Assembly (NCBI RefSeq): GCF_009914755.1
Contig: NC_060947.1
Reading direction: 5' to 3' (one strand)
Length of the DNA: 64,000 nt
Source of the DNA: the human T2T-CHM13v2.0 reference genome, Homo sapiens
Positions 16,874 to 32,010 of the stretch are shown in pieces (positions within the stretch are counted from its first letter, which is position 1; every line of letters begins with the position of its first letter). Made by a program: the position numbers and the translations under genes. The notes below the pieces were generated by a model. It was not told where the DNA came from, made no database searches, and was given only the letters and a program-made list of their open reading frames with translations.

Positions 16874-18569
16874 CAGGAGAAAACCTGAAATAACTAACAG
16901 TGATGAGTAAGCACTGAAGATTTTGGGAAGAAGTACATAGTTCTGTTTGGCTGGTATGTTGATTATACTAAGGAGTGTAATAGAAAAATAAGGAAAATGT
17001 AAGGTCTTTGGATAAACCAAGGCAGAAATAATGTCTTCCTCTTGTAGACCTGCGAAGCTCCTGTCTTTGGTCTTTTATTTTATTCTGCCTTATATTATGG
17101 TTATTTTTGCACTTCTGTTTGTTCCTCTACTAGACAATCTTCACATTTAGGGCAGTGATTATATCCCATTCAACTTTGAATTCTCATTGTTTCTAGCACA
17201 GAGATAGAACCCAGCAGCAGAGCAAAAATATTGCATGGTTAGTAATGAAAACATCCACTTCAAGCCCAAACCATTTGGACTTATCAAATAGACATTGAGG
17301 TCCTACAGAAATGGTTTAAAGACTAGCCTACTGACAAGGAATGAAAATGTTCATTCCTTATATTAGCACCTTTATTTTTCAACAAGGGCTTTGGTTAGAG
17401 ATCTTTCAACTTTATGTGCGTTAATTCCCTCATAATGTAGATTTGACCATATTAGCAGCCACTTGAAATACAACTTCTAAGTTGCAATTCTCCACAATCT
17501 GTTTCGAGGAGAGAATCCAGATGGATAAGTACTGGGGTTTTAGTTTTTAATCAAAAGGTTAATTAAGTGAATTAATCTTTATGTTTGAATACATTTTGCA
17601 TGGAATTTGGAGTAAATAAATGGGTTAAAATCAAATCAGTATAATATTAAAATGAATACTAAAGCTTAGGAAATGAGTTAAAAGCTTATGCGTTCTATTA
17701 TGTAGCAGCAGACAAAATTGTCTATGTCAAGTTTAACCTGAGAAGAGAGGAAAGCTGCTAATAAAGTATTCTCAAATCCTCCTGGAATCACTAGTATCGT
17801 CATAGAAATCATTTTTTAAAATGTATAATGTTTCACAGACATAGTTTCCAAGCAATTCTTTAAAGAAAAACACCAAGCAGTTAGCATTTAAATAAATCTT
17901 TTGAATTGCAATGAGAGTAAATAACTGCAGAATTATAAATGAGCTGTCATGTCCACTGAGAAAATGAAGACAGCAAAAATGGAATCTGACCACACACATG
18001 TGGCTGAGGGAAGAAGAGGCCGAGGATAATTTAATGAAGATTTTCTAGAAGCAAATAGTGCCACCATCCGTCATGAGGATCTGTTTCTATAACGCTTGTG
18101 TGTCTTTGAGACTACGTAGGTGGTAGCTTATGAGTAGTAATGTTCTTTTGTTAGTAAATGTCACCAAATAAGCAAATAAGAGAAACATGAAGGCCAAAAA
18201 CTGTGTTACTATTCAGGAGAAAATGGACGGTTTAGCAACAATACAATGTAGACTTCAAAATATGAAAAATCAAGGAAATTTCTGTCATTGTCTTTAAGGG
18301 CCTCCAGAGAAGTATTAATTTGTTCTTTATGTGAATTTAATGAGATCATGTGAAATGTATGTCTCATGTTATGTCTATTGAAAACAATTCCTAGGGAGAA
18401 ATTTTGGGTACTGTATATTTCCTATCCCCAAATCATGGGGATCAAACATTGCAGTTTGAATTGAGAGCAAAGAGATGCTTCCCCTTGTGCCCTAATAGAA
18501 TCACTGCTCCTGGTATTTCCTGGACCAACTGAGATTGGGTCAAATGAATATGATAGGGTATGTCCAAGA

Positions 18570-19418
18570 AACACAGGAGCCAACTGAATGAGTTCCCAGT
18601 GACCAAAGCTGGAACTATTTAAGCAACAAAATAAGTAAAGTAGTATTGAATTATTACCCACATCGTAAAACAAATATCCATAAGGTCATACTGATATAAA
18701 TAAATGATTGCATAAAAATAATTGAGGTAGAAAAAACAAATCTCCCATGCAGAATTCCAAATAACTCATATAGATATATTCTGCCCTCAAGGAGGTAGAG
18801 CATAACTCCCTATTACTTAAATGTGGGCTGCCCATAATGACTTCCTCCCATAGGGTACAGTATGGAAAGTAGAAAAAAGAGTAACTTTACAGTAGAGAAA
18901 CCTGACAATTACGACCTTAGTCAGGTGATCAAGGTCAGTATCAACAATAAGTCATATTGATTGTATATAACCTTGGTATGATGTGATGAGAAGGGCACTT
19001 TATCTCTGTGGTCTTCCTTCCAAAAACATATAATCCCAGTCTAATCATGAGGAACACATCAGACAGTTCCCAATGGAGGGACATGTTACAAAATACCTGA
19101 GTGGTATTCAGCACTGTTAAGTTCATCAAAATTAAAGAAAGTCTGATAAAGTGTCACAGCTAAAGGGATCCTAAGGAGAGAATGATGACTAAATGTAACA
19201 TGGTATCCTGGATGGAATCCTTGAACAACAGTAAGAAAAAAAGTTAGATAAAAACTAAGATATCAGTATTGATCTATTAGGTGTGATAAATGTACCACGC
19301 CATAGTAAGATGTTAACACTAGGGGAAACTAGGTGTGCGGTTTATGAAAACTGTATTATCTTTACAACTTTCTATAAATCTAAAACTATTCTAAAGTTTT
19401 TAAAGTTTATTTTAAAAA
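18570..19418 (+). mobile_element. L1MC3/L1MC4-like 3' end (MER42-type)
   Basis: CAAGGAGGTAGAGCATAACTCCC...AATGTGGGCTG...GTACAGTATGGAAAG and terminal TAAATCTAAAACTATTCTAAA. Confidence 0.8.
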
Positions 19419-19439
19419 GTGATAAATATTTGAAAGCAA

Positions 19440-19990
19440 CTGAAATGTCTCAGAATCTAAGAATGGATGTGTGCTTAGGCATTCAAAATGGACTGGAAGG
19501 CTGGAAAAATCTGGAGGAATCCTCTTTCTCTGTCTCTGAATAAGAGACCTAATTTGTTCTATTCTCTCTCTCATTCTTCCTTGTCCCTTATCCACAAAAG
19601 GTAGAAAGCCTGGCTATGGACAGTGCCAAGATATTCATGTTAAAAAAAATACTAGACACCTGGAGAGGAACTGCTCTTTCTTTTGACCCAATTCCACATT
19701 CTCAGAGGAAAGGATCATTCACTTTGAGGCAGGAGTTCACTTCTGATTCCTATCATCTGTGATGGGGGTAGGGTCAGGGAAGGGACTCTGATTAGCCTAG
19801 CTTAGGTCCCCTGATCACCCTGGACAAATGAATTGCCATCAAGTGAGTAGAGTTACATGTATGTACCTGACTTCCCAGTGTATCACCCCTGTGGATGGTG
19901 GGGAACTATGGGGGAGGTGGAATGAGAAAGAAAAGGCGCTTCTCCCAGGATGAAAAGTGGTGGAAAGGACAGAACAGGTTCCACCCAATA
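19440..19990 (-). mobile_element. Old MLT1 (J/K/L-like) LTR remnant
   Basis: GGGAAGGGACTCTGATTAGCCTAGCTTAGGTC...CCCTGGACAAAT motif. Confidence 0.5.
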
Positions 19991-20078
19991 AAGCTAAAGG
20001 AATAAAAATAAAGTATCTAAGTGAGAGAGGGAGTAGACTTAATATGAAACATAAATATTTAGCACTTCTGAAAATATG

Positions 20079-20408
20079 CAGGTCTAAAATCTTCTATCCA
20101 CACTTATGAAATCTCCTAAGCTCTGAAAACCAAAAGGTTTCCCACAGCTCATTTGGCAGCAAAACCTGTTCTGAACTGATGGGAGGCTAATTATAGGCTT
20201 TGCATATCCCATTTAGTGTGAATATTCATACTGTTTTCCAAAGAAATATTAATGTGTTTGATTACAGGGTCTTCCCCAAGCCCCACTGGGAGTAAGGGGC
20301 ATGTAATACATTGTATACGTCACAGTATTACCTTAATAAAATCTGAATAACTCTGAGTTACAGTGCATAATTGCTCCCACAGGTTTCATATAAGGGATAC
20401 ATTTATAA
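20079..20408. mobile_element. MER46C-like Tigger MITE
   Basis: CAGGTCTAAAATC start; CTCATTTGGCAGCAAAACCTG, TTAGTGTGAATATTCATA, ATATTAATGTGTTTGATTAC. Confidence 0.8.
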
Positions 20409-21479
20409 TACTACACATAATCACATAAATAAATGTCCATTTTTATGTAGCTCTGAAAACAAGAACCACAAAAATAAAAACCATACAAGAAAACAAACAT
20501 GCTCTTTTTTTAAACCATCTGAAGAAGTCCTGGATATAAGCAAGGCTAATACTAGTATTACATTTTAGAAATAAAAGAGGGGTACTTAGAGAAGATTTTA
20601 CTAGAGACAGGGTAGGGTCTGAGTACCAGGTCTCCTAACCAGTAATCCAATGTCTTTGAACTGCCACCCTGCATTTCAGATGAAAAAGGGTTATTGAAAT
20701 GGCATTGTTAGCATGTAGGTAAAAGGGTAACAAAACAACTTAATAGGTGGCTTCTTTGATATTTGGAGAAGTATGAAAAGGAAGGTTTGCCAAGGATTTT
20801 TGGGGAGGGTGGTGGTGGGAGGATGGAGTAGAGTTGACTATATAGGAATCTGCACAATGTACTTTCAAAACCTATAATTATAACTTTTGCCATATCTTCA
20901 AAAAAACCTATTTTCATGGTATTTTTCCTTGCTTTTGCAACTAACAGCTTTCATGATCTTCTTTATTATTTATATGAAGGCCAAGTTTCAAATATTGTTT
21001 CTCATTCAAATAAACATGTGGCCATTTACTAATGAGGAATTTTATTTTGTTATTTTTACATTAATGGTAATAATGAAATATTATTTTTATCCTTCCATAA
21101 ACCAATGATTTCCATTACTTTTGGGTTTGAGGACCTTCCTTTTAATATCAAAATATGCCATGTCTCCTAGATGAAAGTAATTTTATGTTTGGTATCAACT
21201 TCCTGAAAATATAATTGCAAACACAAAAAGCTACTATGAATTCAGGTACATTCACACCAGCACCTATATGCATTTGATAATTAGGAGCATATAAATAGAA
21301 AGTATAATATTTATTCTACTCACAATGTGTTGTGGAAATATGAATTCCTAGAAATGTCTAAATCTCCTTGTATTATAGTCCATTCCTGTTTTGACTAATT
21401 TAATAAAATTTACTAATATTAAAAGCCAAACAGAGTAAATGGAATTTAAAATATATATTTGATATATAATTCAAATACC

Positions 21480-21968
21480 ATAATGTGCTTAGAATAATGC
21501 CTCTCACAAAAGTAGGCACTCAATAAACACTTGTTGAGTGAATACCTAAATACTCAAATTCTTGGTGAGGCAGTCTTCTACAGTAGATAAAACATCCAGG
21601 GTTCATACTTCCTTGGATCTGAATCCTTTGTTGCTGGTAAATACCCTTGATCAAGCCAATTATTACACTTGCTACCTCTTAAGGCTGCTGTAAGGTCTTA
21701 CATGATATATTCCGTAAGTAAAGTCTAATGTGGAATATTCAATAAAAGGTAATTATCTTTCTCTCTCTTCCTTCAAATTCCTGCTAATCTTCCTCAAGGA
21801 GTCACTCAAACTTCCTTCCCAGGAGACTCAATGGGAACCACTTCCCAGTGCTGAGAAATATGACACTGTAGACCTTATCCCTCATGAGGGCAGAGAACCA
21901 TTGTGTACCCAGCACAGCAGACATCTTGGTATGAAGCAGGTGTTCAATATGTATTTGTTGAATGAATA
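21480..21968 (+). mobile_element. L2 tail / MIR / L2 tail fragments
   Basis: GTAGGCACTCAATAAACACTTGTTGAGTGAAT and TTCAATATGTATTTGTTGAATGAAT flanking a MIR-like block. Confidence 0.55.
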
Positions 21969-23029
21969 ACTAGAGGAAAATTAAGAATTTCCCAATGGAG
22001 GAAATCCTGTATCAGACAAGGAAATCCTTAACATTTAAATAGTTAAATTAGGCAACTTAACAGTCTTAGAGGAAAATTCCCTCCTGCACTGCAATTACTT
22101 ATGTTTTTCTCTATTCAGTGACAATGCTTCCCTATTTTAGTGCCAGTGTGGGAACCCCAGGGACAACTGTCAAAACCAGCTCTTCAGTTCTGTGCCCTGT
22201 GCTTTCTACCCCTCAAACACTGCACATCATTAGCAATGCTGAGACTTGTGTTGCCTTTGTAAAATTTCTAAATTCTAACAAATGCCTGGAGACCCTACCA
22301 AAACAACTGAAACTGGTGTAAACTTGAGGAAAGTTTACTCTCATTTAAATAAATCCCTGTTTGTTCACTTGCTTTATTTGTTCTTTTTACTGTGAATGTT
22401 TTCATATAGATATTTAAAAACTTTATTACTTGGCAGAATATTTGTAATGATACAAAGAACTGCTACACAGATGTTAAAAATATTCATAGTAAAAAGTTTT
22501 TAAATGATATATAGAACAAGTATATTTCATATGTGAATTTCACATATTTGGTGATCCAAGTAGTATTCCCAATTGGAAGAATACCTTGCAACTCTGTTCC
22601 TATGCCATTGCATGGTTTCTCCTTCTTTGCATTGTCACAGTATAGTAATGCCCAACCCAAACCATGGCATGTGGATACACATTTTAAATTGATATAATTT
22701 TTAATGTTTGCTTTCCTTAAGGATTTGTGTTTATTTTTTTTTTAAAGCAAGTCTTAAACTTCCCACTACTTTGCCAAGAGATAGGCAATATACAACAGGC
22801 ACTTTTAAGAAAGGAAACGTGCAATGCCTCACCATGTTTGCTTGGAAGATCCCTAACATTACGTGGTAAACTCATCACAAAAAAACGTAATCACTCAGCA
22901 AATATATTGCTTGTACCATGAGCAAAGGAATATCATGCAAATGAAAAGAAAATAAAAAAGAGCTAAAATGTCCTGTTCTATCGCAAGTAAAACATTTGTC
23001 AGACACAAAGTCTTCTTTTCCTTTTTCTC

Positions 23030-23790
23030 AGAGTAAAACATATACATTAAAATGCATAAAATGCCCATGTACATTAAAATGCCATAAAATGTTAAGGGTA
23101 CAATTCATAAATTTTTATATATGTATACATTTCAGATCAAGATATGGAATATTTCTAGTGTCCTAGGGGTAACTACTGTTCTGACTTGTTTAACTATTGT
23201 TACTTTTGCCTCTTACTGAACTTCATATAAATGGAATTTTGCAGTTCGTATTCTTTCATAACTGGCTTCTTTCACAAAACTCAATCCCTGTGGGATGTAT
23301 CTGTGTTGTTTGTATAACTGTAATTTTTTCCCTTTTGTTGTCCGTTCTCCTGTTGGTGGGCATCACTTCCAGGTTTTAGATTATTATGTATTAAATCTTC
23401 TATGAAAATTTGGTACATACTTTTGATGGACATATGCACACGTTTATCTTGACAATATATATATATATAGGAGTAGAGTTGCTGGGCTATAAGGTATTGA
23501 CATGCTTGACTCCAGTGTGTATTGACAGTTTTCCCAAGTGGTTGACACAATTTACAGTCCCCTAGCAAAATATGAGAGTTCCAATTGCTCCACATCCATG
23601 TCAACACTCATTATTGTCAGGTTGCTACTTTTTTCAATGTAGCCATTCAGATGACGTTTAGTGGTAGCTCATTGTGGTTTTAACTGGCATGTTCCTAACT
23701 ACTAATGATACCAAGAAAACACCTTATCACATGCTCAGTAGCCATTTAGTTGTCTTCTTTTGTGAAGTGCTTGATCCAACTTTTTGCTCA
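23030..23790 (-). mobile_element. Ancient L1 (L1ME/MD-like) 3' fragment
   Basis: GAACTTCATATAAATGGAAT...TGGCTTCTTTCAC and GAGAGTTCCAATTGCTCCACATCC. Confidence 0.8.
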
Positions 23791-24029
23791 TTATTTTCTT
23801 ACCCAAGCACAAGTCTGGATTTGAACTCTTTATCCAAGTACTCTATGTTGAGTTCTACATGATTTTAATAAAACAGTCTAATTAAGTTTTTCATAGGTAA
23901 TAATTTTTGCCTTTTTTGAAATTCTCTGTGGTGTTTTCAAAAGCAGTGGTTTTAAAAGGACCATTTTTTCAAGAGCAGCATTCTATATGGCAGGAATTCT
24001 GTCTTGCATATATTATCAGAAGTAAGATA

Positions 24030-24245
24030 AAATCCCACAGTTTGGTGGTTCAGATGAGATATTTGGGTTCAAGCCATATGAAGTTAGTTTTATTTACATA
24101 CCTCTGATACCTCATCTATAAAATGAGGATAATAATAGGACCTGCCTCATAGTGTTGAGGAGATCATCGGAATAGACCTACATGAAGCTCTTTGGGTGAT
24201 GCCTAGTACATTGAAAGCCCTCATTAAGTTTGGCTATTGGTAACA
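24030..24245 (+). mobile_element. MIR
   Basis: CCTCATCTATAAAATGAGGATAATAATAGGACCTGCCTCATAG. Confidence 0.75.
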
Positions 24246-25377
24246 TTCTTGGGGTGTCATATTAGGCCCTCATTGTGTCCGTTAAGGTTAGAACATTATC
24301 CAACACACTGGGGAAACATTCACGTGTTGATCTGGACCACTCAGACATAAACTGGGTGGATTGGGTCTGAATCTCCAGGTCTAGCTGTGTGAAATGACCA
24401 CTGAAATGATTACTGAAGCCTGTTGTAAATGTACTTTCTGGTCCATCTGGCTTTTCAGACCCACCATATGCCTAATGGCTCTGTTGGTATATGAGTTAGG
24501 AGGGCCCATGCCAAATTATACATATTCGTGACTGGTAAATTGTTCAGTCTGGCTCTGGGTAGAAACTAAAAGATTTAGGAGGGAAAGAGCAGCTCCCTTT
24601 ACAGGCAGCCCAAGACACAGGAGCACTTTAATAAAATAGAAACTTAGGTTCCACAAGAATCATCTTGTAAAATCTGCAGTAACACTCCTATAAAGGTTAT
24701 ATATTCCAGGGCATCCAAGTGGCCAGAGAAAGCAAGTCAAATGTGACAGGAGAGGAAATTGCCTAAATAAGAGAACCTCCTCTCTGCCAGTAACTTACAG
24801 GGGGCCATGGGGTTTTTCTCTCATTAAGTCCATCTGCCTGGGCTGGGTGCCTGGCAGTTCTTCTGCTAATGAGAATCTGCTCTTCCTAATACTGGAAGAA
24901 ATAAGTCTTCATCTCTACCTCTTTGCATGTGCCAGTGGCATGTCAGAAACAATTTTTCTGTGCATTTCAAGGCACAGCTAAGTATGATTATTCAGTCACC
25001 CAGCTCCTTGGCCATTGGATGCAGAGGACAGAGAACAGCGCTGACTGCCTGTCCTTCTTCTGCTGAGTCATTGGATTTCAGAAGGGAATCACATCCTTTA
25101 TCAATCTATGCCATCAAGATATTAGCTTCCCATAAATGCTTATGTGAAAATGTGCAATGATTTGCATCTGGTCATGATTTTTTTTTTTTTACAATACATC
25201 ATGTTATAGCTATATTAATTTCTTACTATTATATATCCATATAGCATGTAATTGTTTTTATTTTGCTTAGTTTTTTTCAACTTTCTACTTCCTGAATTTT
25301 AAGAAATTGACACAGGAATTATTTGGCTCAAGGGAAAAATAGACTTTGAGTCCTTTTGCATATTCTTATTGATCAGG

Positions 25378-25960
25378 TATCGTAGGCAGATTTCTAAAAA
25401 TCCCTTTTCCCATCAAGATTACATGCCCTTTTCCCCTAGAACCAGTGAGCTGATAAGATATCATGTCCATGATTGCATCATGGTATATGGTACAGTTGAC
25501 CCTAAAATAGGAAGATCATCTAGGTGGGCCAGATCTAATCAGACTATCCCCTAAAAACAGAGATATTTCTGGCAGAAGAGAAAGTCAGAGAGATTTGAAG
25601 CATAAGAGAGATTCAGCTGTGGCTTGAAAATAGCGGTAACCACAGGAGAAGGAATGTTGGCAGCCTTAAGGGATTGAAAGAAGCCCCTGGATGACAGCGA
25701 TCAGGGAAACAGGTATGTTAGTTGTGTAACTGCAAAGAACTAAATTCTGCCAATAATAGGAATAATAACCTTGGAAGAGGACTCCAAGCTCCAGGTGAAA
25801 ACACAGCTGGTTGATGCATTGAATTCAGCATTGTGAGACACAAAACACTCAGCCATGATGTGTCAGACTTCCAGCCTACAGAAGTGAGCTGATACATGGG
25901 TGTTGCTTTACACCACTAAATTTGTGGTGATATGTTAGGCAGCAATAGAAAAGGAACATA
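25378..25960 (+). mobile_element. MLT1E-family solo LTR
   Basis: GTAGGCAGATTTCTAA...CAGTTGACCCTAAAATAGG...CCACTAAATTTGTGGTGATATGTTAGGCAGCAATAGAAAA. Confidence 0.8.
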
Positions 25961-26680
25961 CCTGGTTTCTTCTCATTGCATTCTTTTAAATGGCTGACCA
26001 GTAGATGATAATTGGGTAGAAAAAATTAAATGGCCTGAGAAATACCCGGGGTTAGTTTGGGTTATTTGAAATCATGGGGTTATTTCACTAGAAAGAGACT
26101 CCAATTGACACCATCATGCTCATAATTATTGCAATATAATTGAGACAAGGAAGAAAGAACATCAAGTCTGCCAGTGCTATCATAAGAGTTCACCAGGTGC
26201 TGAGTTTGACAACCATTTTTCCTTCAAATTTGAATTATACCAGGAATGTTATTTGCTTTTTGAGCTCTCCTTTTATATTTGGTGTATAGAGTGCTTCCCC
26301 ATTCCTGTAACAACATAGGCAAGGTTCAGTAGTGCCATGACAGCTCCATCAATGCAATGGGAACATGTTGACATTACATGTCTTTGTCACAAAATCCACT
26401 ATTAAAACATACATAGCCTAGGTGTCACAAGGTGCTAGAAAAGTGGAAGGTGGGAAGTGGTGATTAAAAATATTAAATGATTTCCAGAATTACATTACAG
26501 GAAACTATAATATATGGATCCAGAAATCCTGGAAGAGAAACAGGATGAAAGGATGGGTCCTGGGTGTGTCTAACACAGAGCTAAAATAAGAAACTGTTGA
26601 GAGAGAAGAATACACTTCTCTGTCCCAGCAGCTCCTGGGAAGAGATGTGTAGGCCTTCTACTCTGGTGTGGTCCACTCAC

Positions 26681-26907
26681 CTTGGGCTCTGCTTTCCATG
26701 ATGTGCCACCAATCTTGCTGGATTTTCTCTACACTCCTGACCTCCTTTGCCCTTCTTCTGTGGCCAGGAACAGAGCCCTTTCAGTTCTCAGGATAAGATT
26801 TTTTTCAGAAAGATTTCCCCATAATAGTGCCCAAATAGTGCTGTTTTCCAAAGCACTCTCCTCAACAGAGGTCACATCTCTTGCTTTGTTGGATGAGTTT
26901 AGATAGA
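26681..26907 (-). other. Candidate non-coding internal exon (227 nt)
   Basis: Minus-strand acceptor TATTTCTTCATTCGACTATCCCACTAG| and consensus donor AAG|GTGAGT; stops in all three frames. Confidence 0.35.
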
Positions 26908-28644
26908 CTAGTGGGATAGTCGAATGAAGAAATACAGTAGTTTTTTTTAGGAAGAGGGAAACTGAGGGTCATGGATTTTCATAAATGAAGGGGGCAATCT
27001 AGATATTTAGAAAATCCCTCTTTCAGAGACTATGCTAAGCTTTCTAAATATTATAATAGATATATTCTTTACAGAAAAAAGTGTGGTTTTCATGACCTGC
27101 TACTTCAAATGAGATAAGAACTATGGCATTCTCTACAGCCAAAATCTCAAAATAAAAAGCCCAGGGTGTCAAATCAGGGTGATTTATTTTATTATCCTTA
27201 CTCACAGTGTTTCTTTTGCCTACATAAGATTTTAGAGAATGGATTTTATTGCTTTTTTTGTTCAAATTAACATGCTTTTAATAAAACTAGAAGGCTTGTT
27301 CTACCAAGCAATAATTTTATTCCCTACCTAAACGAGTGGTTCTAAATTATCTAAAGTATTACTCTGTCCTTAAACATTCTTGCTAGTCAAATGCTGATTT
27401 GAGGGAAAGACAAACAGAAGAAAATAATTCAGTTCAGTATCGGCTTTTCAGTTTGATAAAAGCAATTTCTTTCCTACTTGCTTATCTTCTACCTTTCTAG
27501 TGCTGAACTCTAGTACTAATCACAGCACTTTAACGGGTGTTGTAAATGCTGTTCACGGTTGGATCTCTGAAAACATAATACTTAAGCCTTCATCTTCAAT
27601 GTGAAGAAGAATTTGGATGGTAGCACGAATAAAATTGTGGCCTGCACAACTTTACTATATGGCCATTAATGAGAAATGTTGGTTTTAAAAAACTGATGTG
27701 ACTTCCATGATCCATATTAATAGCATAGGTAGGTAAAGATGAACAGAAACTCCATGTTTGCTCTGTGCATGGTTTGATTAATTGACTTGGGTAGACAAAT
27801 GATGATTGTAGGGTGGAGGGTATATATTTCCTTGATTTGAGCCACAAACCCTCTTTACATACAGATCAAAGTGTCTAATACATAGTCTTCCTTTCCTTAT
27901 ACTAGTAAAGGTGAGAATTTAGTTGATGCTTTCATTTTTCTCTTCTCCATTCCTCATGGCTGCACATGGTTCATATTTTTATTGGGTTCTACTTCCCAGT
28001 ATCTTCCTCTGGGATGGATCATCTATTTGTCAACAGAAAATGAGAAAATTATGGAGAAATGACAGTAAACTCTATGTTCCCTCCTTTCCTCTGAGCTCAT
28101 AATTAGACACCGTGCCCAAATATACGTGCAAATGGCAGAGCCATTTTTCAAAGCAAAATACTTTGAACATAGATCCAAACAAAACACAACTCTAAATTCA
28201 TTATCTCACCTCTTTGCAATTAACCTAAAGGAGAAACCAGAGCAAGAACACACCACAGCTTTCGGTGGAGTCCACCTGGGGCTTGCTGGACTTGGTGCAT
28301 CATTAGATAACTTGTTTTCCCACAGAGTGAGATAGATGTGCCTTGAACAATAATTAAAGGGCTTTCATCTGTTGGGTTAATTAAAACTGCCCATTTGTTT
28401 GCCTATTCCCATGCTTTGCTGTCTTCCTTGTACAATACCTCCATTGATCCTCTGTGAGCTGAGAAGTATCACAAATTTAGTCTACAAAAAATTAGCTCTT
28501 CTACCTTCCAACCTGACTGCATGAATACACCATTAAAGCACTTCCTCTGAAAAAAGTGGAGACAGTTGGACAATGCTCCAGAAGACCATGATTAAGTAGT
28601 TAGGGAGGGGAATTACATTATCCTAAGAAATAAAAATAGCCAAT

Positions 28645-29160
28645 TTAATTGCATGCCAATTATGTACCAAGCCCTCTTCTAAAAACGATTTCTACATATT
28701 ATGTTATTTAATGCTTAACACAACCCCATATGGTGAAGACACTGCTATTATACATGAAGAAATTAAAGCCTACAGAGATTAATTGTCTAGACTTAGACTG
28801 CATAGCCAGTAAGTGGCAGGGACAAGATGAGAACCTAGAGATTTATAATTCTGAAGCCATGTGCATTATGGCTCCATTCTAGGTTCCTTTAATTGGCACA
28901 AAATACTGTACTTGTATTGACTGCTTACTTGGTACTGGGCATTGTTTTGAATTCTTTACCGGATTAATATTTTAATTAACTAATTTAATCAAACAACAAA
29001 TGAGGCAGGGACTGTTACTAGCCCATTTTATAGTTTCATAAACTGAGGTAAGAGAATCTCAGTAACTTGCTATCTTCAGAAAGGACGTATGGCAGAACTA
29101 GAATTTGAATTCAGAAAATCTTGCTCCAAAGACTGCACTTTTAACTGCTACCTCTCCCTG
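28645..29160 (-). mobile_element. Two MIR SINEs
   Basis: ATTTAATGCTTAACACAACCCCATA...GCCAGTAAGTGGCAG and CCCATTTTATAGTTTCATAAACTGAGG. Confidence 0.75.
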
Positions 29161-30309
29161 TATCACTAAATAACTAATTTGAACCTTTCTTGTGATAGGA
29201 AGTCAGCAAAGTAAACTTAATTTGAGGAGCCAGTCTCAGTCTCATACCAGTCCAGTGGACTTGAAAGAGGATAACTGGGATGTGCAGGTAGACATACGAT
29301 AGAGAAGACTTAGGGTGATATAGTCCAGAGGTGGGAGTTTAACAAAGGTAGAGAGAATCAATTAGTGGAGAAAGGTATGTATCCCAGTGGCAATAATTTC
29401 ACAGCTTTACCTAGGGAGGCACGATCTTTTAATTGTGTTAAAAATAAGAAGTGACAGTTTACTCTGGGCTTCCACTTTCCCTTCTTGCCGTATGTGTCCC
29501 AGGACCTTGTAAAAGACAGTGACAACCACCTTGGGGCAGGGCTTTACAACTGCAAAACCTGATTAAATCAAGCAAAATAGGTCAACATTCCGCCTTCATA
29601 TTAGCTGTACAGAGCCTGACACGGGGAAGCATGAACAGATGTTGGGCAGTGCACAGAGGGATCCAAAAGCATCTAATTAAACACAGAGAAAAGTGCAGAA
29701 GGAACCAGGAGAGTTACAAGCTCAGGGCTCACCTTGGTACAGGGAGATTCAGGAGCCAAGAGCCATTGGAAGTAACACCAATGTGGGTGCCCCAGAACAC
29801 ATTTGTCCCAAACATTTGTCTTCAGCTGTGGGGCTGACAGATGCATGAATTTAAGCTAAAGACTGATTTCAATCATGCTTATAAGAGTTTGTATAACATG
29901 TTAAATTTACAAATGACTTTCCCATCCATTGTATTATTAATTTCCAGAGCAGCCTTCAAAGACAGGCAGGAGTAGATCTCCTTTACAAAGGAGGCAATTA
30001 AGGGTCCAAGCTCTACTACCAGTGCTTGGCAGTACCAGAGTCGGAATCCATTTCTTATAACTCCCAGTCTGTGTATACATAAGGCTGAACAGGGCAATGT
30101 GGAGAAAGGGAAAACAGGAGACCAATGGGACCCTGCTAATAGAGGAAAACATGCTACAAGTCAGGAGAATGGGTATTAAGAGAAAAATGGTGAGAAGCTA
30201 AGGAAAAACACCATTTATTTTATTTAAGGTAAAGATGGATGGATATTTGTGGTTATGTAGATGAAGAAGCATTCACATTTATGTGGTCATTTATCTAGTC
30301 AGATCATGG

Positions 30310-30970
30310 GAAGGTACATAAAAGTGGTGGCTTTTGAGATGGCTATGATATTCTTAGGGAGAAATGAAGTAGAGAGAATTCCAAGGTGAAAGAGATAGCT
30401 TGAATGAATGTAAAAACGTAGAAATTAAGGGCATAGATGAAGAAAAATGAATTGTCCACTTTAAGTGTTGCAATGGATATGTAAAAGGAAATAGTGAAAA
30501 ACAAAGCTGGAAAGGTTGGAGGATAATATCATAGAATCCTTTAAATGCCAGGCTAAATAGTCTGATCTTAATTCATTAGGCTTTGAAAAGCCAACATTAG
30601 TTTACAACATGGAAGTAACACAATGTCTGCCTCATGAAATTCTTGTGAGATTTTAATGAGAAGTTGATGCAAAAATGCTTTGTAAAAATATTTAATAAAT
30701 TAATATAATTGTATTCCTTTGTTTATGTAACAAGTACTTATTGAGAGTCTGTTATTTATTAGGCATGGTCTAGGCATTTTACATAAACAAATAAGACTTA
30801 TCACTATGCATTGAAGCTTACAGTCTAGTGGGGAAAATGAACATTTAAATAAATAATCACGTACTCTAAGGTAAGTGTACATATGATATTATGAAAATAC
30901 AGAGGGTTTGATGAACTCTTCCTGGAAGAATCACATGGGAAATGATATTTGAAATAAATCTTGAATAAAC
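30310..30970 (-). mobile_element. L2 fragments with a small MIR piece
   Basis: TTAAATGCCAGGCTAA and GAAGCTTACAGTCTAGTGGGGAA L2 motifs. Confidence 0.55.
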
Positions 30971-30979
30971 ATAGATCTA

Positions 30980-32010
<1,031 letters not shown>

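Noticed and set aside
22529-22547. 9-bp inverted repeat ATATGTGAA-T-TTCACATAT
   Set aside because: Short and AT-rich; plausible by chance in 64 kb, with no supporting context.
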